Numbered from the stretch's first letter, positions 1-9,530 are shown. The stretch is DNA of 64,000 bases from Gemmatales bacterium (GCA_041640595.1 JBEPZY010000003.1:180773-244772), one strand, 5' to 3'. The notes: generated by a model not told the origin, from the letters alone. Program-made: numbers and translations.

Positions 1-119
1 CCTGCGACTGTCTGCTGCAAGGTTTCCAGCACGCGGATAGTTTCTTCCAGAAGAGCCAGCAGCATGTCTATGCGTGTCCACTGAAACGGTGCCTGTTGCG
101 TCCATTGATAGCTGACCAT
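1..119 (-). CDS. FliS-like flagellar chaperone, 5' part only (runs off the window)
   Basis: Manual translation MVSYQWTQQAPFQWTRIDMLLALLEETIRVLETLQQ. GGGAG RBS upstream. Lies directly after fliD, the usual fliS position. Confidence 0.55.
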   Translation of the reverse strand, partial: MVSYQWTQQAPFQWTRIDMLLALLEETIRVLETLQQTVA

Positions 120-139
120 GGCTTGCTCCCGCACCGCTG

Positions 140-2461
140 CTAGCGCCGATTGAATGGCGAATTCGTGTTCGATAGTGCCTGAAATTGCATGCTTAGCATG
201 TCGCCAATTCCTCTAAGCTGAGATACCATATTTTCCAGCGCACGAAATTTCTTTTGCAAGGAATCCCGTTGCTCGTTTATCAACTGGTTGAGCCGGTCTA
301 TACTATCCTGCAGCCGTTGCGCCTCCGTATCTAATGCCTGCTTGCCGCTGGCTAGAACCCCTGCTTGAGCGTCCAGCACCTGGCTTATATAACGGTCTAA
401 TCTTGCCGCCACCCCGCGTGTCACAATCAATTCACCTTCCGCTCCGGTGACCAGTTGCGAACTGCTCAAGGTTACTCGCACCTGTAAACCGGAAGTATAG
501 CGGTTTTGATCGTCTCCGATTAACAGTTGCCCGAAACCGCGAGCCGATTCTCTTTGCCCGTTGACGATAAACTCTCCGGCAACATCCTGTCCCAGGGCAC
601 GCTGTCCGGAGGTAAATCCTAATGTTCCCAAAGCCGAACCGCCTGCCATCTCAATTTCCGAGCGTACCCCGTAACTCTGCGAACGTATCCGCAACCGATC
701 CCCTTCCACTGTCACCGTAACCTGCCTGCCATTCTCAGCCGCTAAGCTATTGATGCGACTTTGCAATTCCTCGGCCAGCTGCTGACGTGTATAGTTACCC
801 GGCGTCAGGCTTATATCGTATAACTGACCGTCCACTCTGACAGTTAGCTGGTTATTGCTGTTGTCTATGGCCGTGGTGCTCGCTAAAGCACTGGTGGCCA
901 GCAGGGACGCTTGTTGCGCCGCTTGCGTAATGTCCACCCGAATCGGTATTCCGCTACCATCCGTCTGAGTGCTGCCCACCAAGAATCGAATCCCTTCGTT
1001 AGAGGATTGGCCGGTAAAAGCAAACAGACGCTTGACATCCTCGATGGTAACACCGGGAACTTCGCCACTGAGCACGCTATCCAGGCGGCTGGTGCTTAGT
1101 GTAAGTGTTCCCTGGTCTGTGATGCTAATGCCTGCAGCACTAAGCCTGTTCATTCGGCTTGGCAGTCCGGGGATGACATCGGTAACCAGTCGTCGCAACT
1201 CATCTTGAATTTGCGTAACCGTTCGGTTCGCAAACAAGGGCCCAGCTTGTTGCGTCTTAGCGTTATAGGCAGTCTGCTGGTTCAAATACGTCATCAGGTC
1301 GTTATATTTTTGCACAAACTGATTGATGGCTTCCCGTATTTTCTCCGTATCATTAGCGATAGTTAGTTGCACCGTGCGGTTAGTATCCGCACCCTGGACC
1401 ACTACGGTAACACCGGGGAAAAGATCGGTAAAACGATTGCTATCGGACTGAATAGTCAGGGCTCCAGGCCCGGAACCGATCCGGATAGCGGCGCTGGTAG
1501 GGGTCTGGATTTCCGGAGCGAAGACGTCTATGGTAAACTTGTCGCCGCTATTGAGGGTTCCCGCAGAAAAGCTCACCTGCACGCCTTCGGCTACGGTTTT
1601 ATAAACGCCGGCATCGCCCGGATTCAATGTTAGCGTACCGGCCTGGGTGCCAGTGCTATCTTCATAATGGACAGTTATCGTGTCGGAACCAACAGTGCCT
1701 CCGCTAATCACCGTCAGGGTATAGGATTTCGAAACTGAGCCTGTATAAGCTCCAGCGCCGCGGTTCGTGCTAGCTACAGATGTGCCAGTATTCGATGTGG
1801 CCGCAAATGCGTTCCCAATATAGGTGCTATCGAAAACCGGTTTCGTTGCTGAGCCGGTGTCGCTGCCAAGGTTATTAGTGATGCGAATCGTGTTAGCGGC
1901 ACCGGCATTCTTAGCGGATAGCAACAGCCGGTATGGCTGCGTGGATGAACCATCGTGAATCACCGTAGCCGTAACATTCGCATTAGCGGCATTGATGGCA
2001 TTGGCGAGTCCTTGCAGGGTGTTATTGGTACTATCAATGGTAATGCTTACGGGATTGCTGTTCCCCACCTGAATCTGCAGGGTGCCTGTGGTGATCAGGC
2101 TGTCCGGCGAATCGTAACCCTGAGAGGCAATTTGATGGGGACGAGCAGTGCTTAGAACCTGGAATGAATAGACACCGGGTGCAGCCTGGCTTGTCGCGGT
2201 AGCGGTAACCAGATCGGGGAAATTGACCAGTACTTTTCGGCCGTCGAAAACGCTGTTTTGCGATCGGGCGAGAGAAAACAGACTATCCTGCAGAGCCCGG
2301 AGACGATTGGCAACCTCGTTTAGTGCAGCTTGCCGAATCGCGACTTCGTCTTTGCGAGCCGATAACGTTTCCACCCGCCGCTTCTGAATTGCTAACAGTC
2401 CTTCCAGAATTTTATCGGTGTCAATACCGGTGATTAGTCCAGTAAAGTTGATGCTGGCCAT
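140..2461 (-). CDS. fliD: Flagellar filament cap protein FliD (long, 773 aa)
   Basis: N-term 'INFTGLITGIDTDKILEGLL', 'AREAINQFVQKYNDL'-type C-terminal domain and terminal coiled coil 'LQKKFRALE'. Downstream of flagellin. Confidence 0.93.
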   Translation of the reverse strand: MASINFTGLITGIDTDKILEGLLAIQKRRVETLSARKDEVAIRQAALNEVANRLRALQDSLFSLARSQNSVFDGRKVLVNFPDLVTATATSQAAPGVYSFQVLSTARPHQIASQGYDSPDSLITTGTLQIQVGNSNPVSITIDSTNNTLQGLANAINAANANVTATVIHDGSSTQPYRLLLSAKNAGAANTIRITNNLGSDTGSATKPVFDSTYIGNAFAATSNTGTSVASTNRGAGAYTGSVSKSYTLTVISGGTVGSDTITVHYEDSTGTQAGTLTLNPGDAGVYKTVAEGVQVSFSAGTLNSGDKFTIDVFAPEIQTPTSAAIRIGSGPGALTIQSDSNRFTDLFPGVTVVVQGADTNRTVQLTIANDTEKIREAINQFVQKYNDLMTYLNQQTAYNAKTQQAGPLFANRTVTQIQDELRRLVTDVIPGLPSRMNRLSAAGISITDQGTLTLSTSRLDSVLSGEVPGVTIEDVKRLFAFTGQSSNEGIRFLVGSTQTDGSGIPIRVDITQAAQQASLLATSALASTTAIDNSNNQLTVRVDGQLYDISLTPGNYTRQQLAEELQSRINSLAAENGRQVTVTVEGDRLRIRSQSYGVRSEIEMAGGSALGTLGFTSGQRALGQDVAGEFIVNGQRESARGFGQLLIGDDQNRYTSGLQVRVTLSSSQLVTGAEGELIVTRGVAARLDRYISQVLDAQAGVLASGKQALDTEAQRLQDSIDRLNQLINEQRDSLQKKFRALENMVSQLRGIGDMLSMQFQALSNTNSPFNRR

Positions 2462-2527
2462 TTTGGCATCCCATTGCCGGTATGGGGAAATTCATTCAGC
2501 TATTGACGGCGACTTCGTATAAGGCAA

Positions 2528-2553
2528 GGGAGTGGAGAGGGATCTCCACTCCC
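2528..2553 (-). terminator. Stem-loop between fliC and fliD (terminator or mRNA-stabilising hairpin)
   Basis: Perfect 11-bp inverted repeat GGGAGTGGAGA / TCTCCACTCCC with a 4-nt loop. Only a weak U-tract follows. Confidence 0.6.
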
Positions 2554-2633
2554 ATAGCGAAATCTTCAGGCACCACTAAGCGAGCTGGCTATAGACCTGG
2601 ACTTAGAGGTGGAGCTTAGGGTTCCAGGTGAGC

Positions 2634-4052
2634 TTAGCGCTGTAGCAGAGCCAGGACGAGTTGTGGTACTTGATTGGCGTTGCTCAGCACACTCACGCCA
2701 GCTTGCAAGAGGATTTGCTGTTTGGTGAAGTTAGCAATTTCCTGGGCATAATCGGTATCGCGGATAGTAGATTCCGCCGCCACCGTGTTTTCCAGGGTGG
2801 CCCGCAGGTTGTTTGCGGTAGCTTCAAGGGCATTCTTCTGGAAAGCACCTAAAGTGCCGCGAAGATTAGAGACGTCGTCAATAGCCTGATCAATGACCTT
2901 GATGGAGTCGGTAGCTCCGCTGGCGGTCTGAACGTTGATCTGACTGAGATTGCTAAACTGAGATCCCGCAACGTTGAGGCCGAGAGCCGAGGTGGACACA
3001 TTGTCAATCGCGACTTTAGCAGTCTGCCCCGCATTCGGACCGATCTGGAATTGCAGGGAATTGTCCACTACGGTGACCGTTCCTATGGAGCCGCTAAAGC
3101 TGTTGCCGACCAGGTTACTCGCAGCAGTATCCGTCTTGACAGCAACACTAAGTCCCTTAGCACCGCCCGAGACGGCGGTAAGGACGTTGCCGACGCCAGT
3201 CGCCGTTAGGCCACCGATGGTACCAGCAATGTCCACGCCCGTGTCGGTCTGAATCGAGGTGGTGAACCCGGCGCCGGTACCGGTAGAAACTACGCTCAGT
3301 TTTGCCGCCGAGCCGAATTGCAGCGTGCGTAAAACTATCTTGCTGTTAGTGGAGTCGTCCACCGCTTCTACGCCGGTTTGATTCTTGTACTGGTTGATGC
3401 GTGCGATAATGGCAGCGCGATCCATGCCGGCAGTCAGAGTGATGTTAACTCCGTTGATCGTAAGAGTTTCGTCAGCGCTCAGGGTACCAGTGACAGCTGC
3501 GGAAGTAATATTCGCTCGCTCGGCGGCAGTGGTAACGTTAACGGTGTAGGTGCCGGCTTGCGTATCGCTGGTGCCACGCAGGAAGGTCATCTTATTGACG
3601 TCGCTTACCGACCCGGAAACACCGGCGGTGCCATCGAGCAGCTTCTTAGTGCCGAACTGTGTGTTAGCAGCGATACGGTCAATCGTGGCAAGAATGTTAC
3701 GGATTTCGGCCTGGTTGGCAGCGAGGGCATCGTCGTCATTGACACCGGAGTTGGCGGAATCGAGAGCGAGGCTGCGTGCCTTGAGCAGCAGGCGGTTAAT
3801 TTCGTCGAGCGCGCCTTCTGCAGTTTGTACAAGCGAGACGGCTTTGCTGGCGTTATCAATCGCGGTTTGCAAGCCTGCGATTTGGGCCCGTTGCTGCTCG
3901 CTAATGACGAGTGCGGCCGGGCCATCGGCACCGCGATTGATCTTGAGGCCCGAAGACAGTCGCTCCAACGAGCGCTGCAGAGCCGACGAGGTGCGCTGCA
4001 GGTTGTTCTGACCGGTCAGCGACGCGACGTTGTTGGTGATGACCAGAGCCAT
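2634..4052 (-). CDS. fliC: Flagellin
   Basis: 'ITNNVASL...LERLSSGLKINRGADGPAAL', 'FQIGPNAGQT' and C-terminal 'IRDTDYAQEIANFTKQQIL...ANQVPQLVLALL'. GGAGG RBS. Confidence 0.98.
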   Translation of the reverse strand: MALVITNNVASLTGQNNLQRTSSALQRSLERLSSGLKINRGADGPAALVISEQQRAQIAGLQTAIDNASKAVSLVQTAEGALDEINRLLLKARSLALDSANSGVNDDDALAANQAEIRNILATIDRIAANTQFGTKKLLDGTAGVSGSVSDVNKMTFLRGTSDTQAGTYTVNVTTAAERANITSAAVTGTLSADETLTINGVNITLTAGMDRAAIIARINQYKNQTGVEAVDDSTNSKIVLRTLQFGSAAKLSVVSTGTGAGFTTSIQTDTGVDIAGTIGGLTATGVGNVLTAVSGGAKGLSVAVKTDTAASNLVGNSFSGSIGTVTVVDNSLQFQIGPNAGQTAKVAIDNVSTSALGLNVAGSQFSNLSQINVQTASGATDSIKVIDQAIDDVSNLRGTLGAFQKNALEATANNLRATLENTVAAESTIRDTDYAQEIANFTKQQILLQAGVSVLSNANQVPQLVLALLQR

Positions 4053-4110
4053 GGGTGCATCTCCTCCCGTTGGTGCGCTGGGTAGCTGATGGTTTCATCC
4101 GCTAATGTCG

Positions 4111-4140
4111 TTATCGGGGATGTTGTCGAAAATTTGCTTA
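4111..4140 (-). promoter_or_regulatory. Probable sigma-28 (FliA) promoter of fliC
   Basis: Minus strand reads TAAGCAAATTTT...CCCGATAA. The -10 is 7/8 to GCCGATAA; the -35 spacing is imperfect. Confidence 0.55.
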
Positions 4141-4195
4141 GACCTTGCTTATTGTGGGGAGGAAAATTAGACGGGGAGTAAGGGATGGAGGGGAT

Positions 4196-4519
4196 TTAGC
4201 GATCGGTTGACATATCATGTTCGGCGGGCAAGCCGGCAAGCCAATCGAAACTGTCGGCTAAGTGCTCGGCCGCCGCTTTTACTAGCGATTCGGAATCATA
4301 GTAACCTTCTGCGAGGCGCTGGCGAATGATGGTCAAGAGCTGACCACGCTCGGAAGGGACCTCCGCCAGATGAGCCAGCAGGCTAGCCAGTTCGGTCAAT
4401 TCCACCGTTTCGGTGGCAGACGGAGATTCGTTCGAGGCGACCGCACGCGCTAGTCCCTTCGCCGGACTGGCGGCGGAGGTTTTGCCGATACCTGGAATCG
4501 AATTGGGTTCGATTCGCAT
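4196..4519 (-). CDS. flgM: FlgM-like anti-sigma-28 factor
   Basis: Small protein with 'ETVELTELASLLAHLAEVPSERGQLLTIIRQRLAEGYY', matching the FlgM C-terminal pattern. Next to fliC. Start moved to the ATG at 4519. Confidence 0.65.
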   Translation of the reverse strand: MRIEPNSIPGIGKTSAASPAKGLARAVASNESPSATETVELTELASLLAHLAEVPSERGQLLTIIRQRLAEGYYDSESLVKAAAEHLADSFDWLAGLPAEHDMSTDR

Positions 4520-4584
4520 GATTTCCAATGCCCCGATTTTGCTCCTCAACTGCCATTATCGAACGCCGGGGCGGAAAATTGCCT

Positions 4585-6219
4585 TCAGGAATGCAGATAA
4601 CTTTCATCCACAGCGTAATTGGCGAACTGGATGGTGTAGTGTTCCTCGAACCAGCGGCGAATATCCGGCAGTGTGTCGGGGTCATAATCGGGAGAGTTGT
4701 AAAAGGTGCGGCCAAAGATTTCCGCGCGAATTTCGCCGTCCTCCACGATCAGTTCGCCTGCTTTGAAGACGTAACGCGGATGGGCAAACATGTCGGTGAT
4801 GTTTGCTTGTGGCTGATATAGCGTAATGTCGGCATCTGCTCCAGGGCCCAGGTGGCCTTTATTTTTCAGGCCGAGGATTCGCGCTGGCGCTGCGCGGGTG
4901 ATAATGGCGATTTCGGTAAGCGAATATTGGCGCCGGAGATCGGCTAAGCGACAGCGTTGCGCCGCCTTTACGGGTACGCGCTTGAGCATTTCCTGGCGAT
5001 AACCAGCATCCATGAGCAAGTGGATGATTCGCGGGTATGCCAGAAAAGAAGCGCCGTTCGGATGATCGGTGCTCAGACAGATTCGCCACGGGTCTTCTGC
5101 GAGGAGAAACCATTCCAGACCGATGGCCCATTGAAGGGCGTGCACCAGACTTTTTTCGCGATAAGTAATCGGGACTATACCGCAGCCGGTCTCCATTTCG
5201 GTGTCGGCGTTGAACCACTTGCGGCCAGTGACGCGGTAAAGGTAATAACCCAGCGGGCCGTCTCCGGTCATCGAAGTGGTTTCGCCGAACATCACCTGGC
5301 CGACATCTACGCTGAGGTTGGGATGGCTGTTGAAGTATTCGATCAGCTTCGGGGCTTCGGAGCAGAAGGTGCGCTGATCGTCGGGGTCGCCGCCGTAACT
5401 GTGGAACTGAATGTGCGTGAGATGGGCCCGGCGACCTTCGAGACAACGCATGGTCTCCAGAGTGGTCGCCCAGTTGCCGGGCAAACCGAGATTATTGCAG
5501 TGGATATGCACTGGGTGCGGCAACTGTAAGTCCATCGCGACCTGGGCGAGGTTCTGGATGATCTGACGGGGAGTAACGCCGAAGGCGGGGACAGGATCGT
5601 CGAGGTTGGTGGCATTGCCGCCCGCTTGCTCTTTCCAAATCTCGACACCGCCGGGGTTGACGAGTTTGATGGCGTAAGCCTTGGCGGCACTGAGAAGCCA
5701 GGCAGCGAAGTCACGGAGTCGCTCGTAATTTCCGGCAGCGATCTGCCGCAACACGTAATGATTGTTGCCCATCAGGACGTAAAAGCCTTTATCCACGATG
5801 GGAGTGTCGGCCAGTTCCTCGTGGGCATGGCGAGCGCTGAGGGGAGGAACCGCGGCGTCGAAAACGGTAGTGTAGCCCATACCGGCATACAGGTAACCCG
5901 TGGCGAAGGTGCTGGGCACACTGCCACCGACACCGGAACGGGTAAAACGTGTCCGCCGAACCGGAGGAGCGAGACGGTGATCTTCGGGGCGCATTTTCCG
6001 AGCCGCGTTAACTTTCGGCCCGGCAATGTGCGCGTGGATGTCCACACCCCCCGGCATGACGATCAAACCGGTAGCATCGAATGTGCGGTCGGGGCGAAGC
6101 TGCGGATCGGTCGGCGGTGCGATGATGCGGCCATCCTGAATCCACAGGTCGCGGACTTCGCCGTGGATACCGTTGGCCGGGTCGTACACCGTTCCATTAG
6201 CGATGCGAATCAGAGACAT
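4585..6219 (-). CDS. fhcA: Formyltransferase/hydrolase complex subunit A (formylmethanofuran dehydrogenase subunit A family)
   Basis: Amidohydrolase motifs 'MPGGVDIHAHIAGPKVN', 'HIHCNNLGLPGN', 'HLTHIQFHSYG' and 'STDHPNG', typical of FwdA/FhcA. Confidence 0.93.
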   Translation of the reverse strand: MSLIRIANGTVYDPANGIHGEVRDLWIQDGRIIAPPTDPQLRPDRTFDATGLIVMPGGVDIHAHIAGPKVNAARKMRPEDHRLAPPVRRTRFTRSGVGGSVPSTFATGYLYAGMGYTTVFDAAVPPLSARHAHEELADTPIVDKGFYVLMGNNHYVLRQIAAGNYERLRDFAAWLLSAAKAYAIKLVNPGGVEIWKEQAGGNATNLDDPVPAFGVTPRQIIQNLAQVAMDLQLPHPVHIHCNNLGLPGNWATTLETMRCLEGRRAHLTHIQFHSYGGDPDDQRTFCSEAPKLIEYFNSHPNLSVDVGQVMFGETTSMTGDGPLGYYLYRVTGRKWFNADTEMETGCGIVPITYREKSLVHALQWAIGLEWFLLAEDPWRICLSTDHPNGASFLAYPRIIHLLMDAGYRQEMLKRVPVKAAQRCRLADLRRQYSLTEIAIITRAAPARILGLKNKGHLGPGADADITLYQPQANITDMFAHPRYVFKAGELIVEDGEIRAEIFGRTFYNSPDYDPDTLPDIRRWFEEHYTIQFANYAVDESYLHS

Positions 6220-6291
6220 GGCGAATCAGCGTTGGTGCAATCGTTGCGTAGCAAGGCGAGTGGCGATTAGCGAATGGCGGATGGTTAGGAA

Positions 6292-6978
6292 TCAGCGTTC
6301 GCGGAACCGTTCCTCCTTCCACGGATCGCCGCGCATGTGGTAGCCACCGTTCTCCCAGCTTTCCCAGAAGCCGGGACGATCCTCGGCCAACAGTTCGATG
6401 CCGCGCACCCATTTGGCGCTTTTCCAGGCATACAGTCGCGGCACCACCAGGCGCAGCGGATAACCGTGGTCCGGCGTGAGCAGTTCGCCGTTGTGTTTCC
6501 ATGCGAACAGGCAGTCCTCGCCAAGAAAATCTTCGAGCGGCAGATTCGTGGTGAATCCGTGTTCGCAGTGCACCATCACGTAACGGGCCTGCGGCAGGAC
6601 ACGGACCTGCTCCAGCACCGTGCGTGTGCTGACACCTTCCCAGAGATTGCCGAGTTTGCTCCAGCGGGTGACGCAATGCATGTCGGCCAGGACACGGACA
6701 CGCGGTAACCGCAGAAATTCCTCGTAAGTGCATTCCCAGGGAGATTCCACGAGTCCGAAAATGCGAAAACGCCAGTTCGATAAGTCCACTTCCGGAACCG
6801 AGCCAGCATGCAGGACTGGCCATTTGCGGGTTTCCACTTGCCGTGGCGGTAAGCGTACCGGCCGATAGACATCAGGACTGATCAGCAGCGGCACACCGTC
6901 CGCGGGTAAGTTCTTCTGGATATCCTTCAGCAAGTCCTCGACCGAAGCCCGTGGGTCAGTCGGTCCCAATGCGGTCAT
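6292..6978 (-). CDS. Sulfite-oxidase-like molybdopterin oxidoreductase (YuiH/MsrP-related)
   Basis: 'DMHCVTRWS', 'HGYPLRLVVPRLYAWKSAKWV' and 'GFWE...GYHMRGDPWKEERF'. Confidence 0.9.
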   Translation of the reverse strand: MTALGPTDPRASVEDLLKDIQKNLPADGVPLLISPDVYRPVRLPPRQVETRKWPVLHAGSVPEVDLSNWRFRIFGLVESPWECTYEEFLRLPRVRVLADMHCVTRWSKLGNLWEGVSTRTVLEQVRVLPQARYVMVHCEHGFTTNLPLEDFLGEDCLFAWKHNGELLTPDHGYPLRLVVPRLYAWKSAKWVRGIELLAEDRPGFWESWENGGYHMRGDPWKEERFRER

Positions 6979-7478
6979 GGGTTTTTCGCTCCCGTGGACA
7001 AAAGCTTTTCGACCAGGGCTCGCACTTCATCATAGCCGCCGACAAACCGCTTTGCGACCCGGCCATCCCGACCGAAAACGACGACCAGAGGCGGCCCGGA
7101 AATGTCCAGTTTTTTCGACCACGCTTCCTCCGGTTCGTCGAGGATAAAGTTCTGGAAATTCGCCCCGACTTTTTGCAGGAATGATTGCACCTGTTTGACC
7201 GTTTGTGCGTCTTTCGGATCGTCGAGGCTGACGGAGATGGCGACAAGTCCTTTGCTGGCCAGTTCACGATGCATCTGAACCAGATGCGGGAATTCCTCCT
7301 TGCAGCTGGCTCAGTAATCGGCCCAGAAATCCACGACGACAACTTTGCCCTGGTGTGCCTGGATGGCTTTGACCAGTTCGGGGAATTTTACCGTTTGCAC
7401 CGAGATGCCCGGGTTGGGTTCCGCCGCCAGCGCCAGGCTCACAAACACCGCCGCATTTGTCGTCAGCCACCACCGCAT
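6975..7478 (-). CDS. Exported TlpA/thioredoxin-like disulfide reductase with in-frame UGA (probable selenocysteine, UxxC motif), 167 aa
   Basis: ATG at 7478 with a GGAG RBS and signal-peptide-like start. Reads GKVVVVDFWADY-TGA-ASCKEEFPHLVQMHREL..., with TGA (7311-7313) at the first Cys position. The frame continues into the ORF-track fragment 6975..7274. Confidence 0.85.
7271..7287 (-). promoter_or_regulatory. Candidate bacterial SECIS hairpin
   Basis: GCATCTG-GTT-CAGATGC perfect 7-bp stem beginning 23 nt 3' of the UGA. The apical loop starts with G-U. Confidence 0.65.
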
Positions 7479-7628
7479 GTCATCTCCTTCTCTTCGAGTG
7501 CTGGGTGCCAGTTGCGACCCAATTGGAGTTCCACCGATGTCCGAATTGTGCTAATTTGTTACGCACTCTGGAAAAGCCAGGCCGATGGGCAGATTGCCCA
7601 CCGGGAGAAAGGGCTCGGAGTTCATGAT

Positions 7629-8561
7629 ATGGCCCACGGACTGCGGAAAAAGTGTCTGCTGATCACCGGAGCGACCGGCTCGCTGGGGGGCGAACTGGTG
7701 GCTCGCTACTACCCGGAGTATCACATCTTCGCTCACGGCCGCAACGCCGATAAGTTGTTGCGGCTGAAGATGCAGTATCCGCGGATTGAGACGGTGCTGG
7801 GCGATCTTCGCTCACCAGGTATCCGCGACGCGGTACGCCAGGCGGACATGGTCATTCACACCGCCGCTCAGAAATACGTCAACCTCGCCGAACGCCATTG
7901 TTTTTACACCGTGGATACCAACGTCAATTGCACTTTTGAGCTGGCCGATCTGGCAGCCCGGCACGGAGTGGAGCGGTTCATTTTTATCAGCACCGACAAG
8001 AGCAGTTTTCCGACCAACGTCTATGGCATTACCAAGTACCTGGCGGAACGGCTGATTCTCGAGCTGGCCGAGGTTTATCCACAGACCAGGTTCGTCATCT
8101 GCCGATTCGGAAATATTTTCGGTTCCAATGGCAGTGTGGTGCAATTGTGGCTGGAAGCGACGCGGCGACGTCAGCCGATTCAGGTTACCGATCCGGACAT
8201 GACTCGTTTCATGTTCAGCCTGGAAGATGCGACGGAGACGGTGCATTATGCCCTGACCCAGGGTCGAAGCGGCGACATCATCATCCCGAAGATGAAAAGC
8301 GTTTGCCTGCGGGACCTGATGCAACTGTTCGCTGGTGCACGAATTGAAATCATTGGCCGCCGGCCAGGGGAGAAAATTCACGAGACGCTTTACGTTCACG
8401 GCGAGGTAGCGACAGGTTACGAGACGGACAGGTATTACGTACTCAATGCCCACGACAGCCAGCCGCTGAATATACGCGAGCTGAATTCGGCAGAGTGTGA
8501 GCGCGTGCCGGTGGCGACATTGCGGTTGTGGCTGGAGCAGGTGCAACGCCGCGCCGCCTGA
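7629..8561 (+). CDS. Nucleotide-sugar 4,6-dehydratase (CapD/PseB-like polysaccharide biosynthesis protein)
   Basis: 'LITGATGSLG', 'HTAAQKYV', 'ISTDK...NVYGITK', 'RFGNIFGSNGSV', 'TDPDMTRF' and 'RPGEKIHE'. Start reassigned to the ATG at 7629. Confidence 0.9.
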   Translation: MAHGLRKKCLLITGATGSLGGELVARYYPEYHIFAHGRNADKLLRLKMQYPRIETVLGDLRSPGIRDAVRQADMVIHTAAQKYVNLAERHCFYTVDTNVNCTFELADLAARHGVERFIFISTDKSSFPTNVYGITKYLAERLILELAEVYPQTRFVICRFGNIFGSNGSVVQLWLEATRRRQPIQVTDPDMTRFMFSLEDATETVHYALTQGRSGDIIIPKMKSVCLRDLMQLFAGARIEIIGRRPGEKIHETLYVHGEVATGYETDRYYVLNAHDSQPLNIRELNSAECERVPVATLRLWLEQVQRRAA

Positions 8562-8562
8562 A

Positions 8563-9504
8563 TTACTTTTCTCGCCGCGATAACCAGACGCTGACCGGTG
8601 TTTGCAGCGGCGGAATGGCTTCGGTGTTGGCTTCGAACAGCAAACCTTCTTGCTCCTTGTCCGAACTCAGAATGGGCAGATCGAGCAGAGCCACCGGAAA
8701 ATTCGCCACGCAAATGACTCGTCCCAGATTGGCACCGAAAAAAGTCGGCTTACCGGTGTTTTCGATGTCTAAGAATCGGCTCCCGACGAAAACCCAGTCG
8801 TGCTGCAAAGTTTGTTTTTTGTCCACATCGCGTACCCACCGCTGGGCCGGCACCACGATCAAGTCGCCGACCGCATTGCGGTAAGCACACTGCACGACGA
8901 TCGGCTCGCCCTGGGGCGGGACAAAAATGCGTCGGCCGTTTTCCTCGCGATATTCCATCGGTTTGCCCGGTTTTGCGCCGATGGCCAATAGGGCCACATG
9001 CAGATGCAAAGCGTCTATGTCGGCGGCCAATACGGATTCGTGATTCTTGCCGGCCGACTGGGTCGTCAGCAGATGTTCGAGATAGCCGTGCCGCAGGACT
9101 ACCATGGCCGTTACGGAAACCTGCTTATCCGCGCCAGGTCGAACTATGAAAACTCGCCGTACAGCCCAGGAAGTCAAACCGCCAGGCATCGGTGCCAGGG
9201 CCAATGCCTGGAGTGTTCCGATAGCCAGCTCCCGTATCGCCACTTCCGGTGGTTGACGCACCTGCACAAACACGTTGGGGCCGATGGCCGCATGGGTCGA
9301 AAAGAACAACTCGCCCGCAAATCCCGGATAGCGCGCAGGCTTACGCTGAGGCTGAGCGGACGCCGGTGGATTCGGTTTGGCACTCGGGGTCTGCTGCGGC
9401 AACGGAGGATGCTGACCGCGACCATCGTCCTGACAACTGGACAGAACCAGGCAACTAAGCAATAACAGGCCGGTAAACCAGGTTGGTAAATTTTTGCCGC
9501 CCAT
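8563..9504 (-). CDS. YdjY-domain putative lipoprotein
   Basis: Lipobox-like 'LVLSSC', plus 'LEHLL...KNHESVL...LHVALLAIGAKPG', 'WVFVGSRF' and 'ICVANF...LDLP', which resemble planctomycete YdjY proteins. Start uncertain (frame open to 9705). Confidence 0.7.
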   Translation of the reverse strand: MGGKNLPTWFTGLLLLSCLVLSSCQDDGRGQHPPLPQQTPSAKPNPPASAQPQRKPARYPGFAGELFFSTHAAIGPNVFVQVRQPPEVAIRELAIGTLQALALAPMPGGLTSWAVRRVFIVRPGADKQVSVTAMVVLRHGYLEHLLTTQSAGKNHESVLAADIDALHLHVALLAIGAKPGKPMEYREENGRRIFVPPQGEPIVVQCAYRNAVGDLIVVPAQRWVRDVDKKQTLQHDWVFVGSRFLDIENTGKPTFFGANLGRVICVANFPVALLDLPILSSDKEQEGLLFEANTEAIPPLQTPVSVWLSRREK

Positions 9505-9530
9505 GATGATTCTCCCGTTCGCGCTTATGG

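Noticed and set aside
6975..7274. 99-aa ORF-track protein as a complete gene
   Set aside because: It is the C-terminal part of the UGA-containing TlpA starting at 7478.
7185..7628. N-terminal extension of the CapD-like ORF
   Set aside because: Overlaps the TlpA gene on the opposite strand; the Rossmann motif begins just after ATG 7629.
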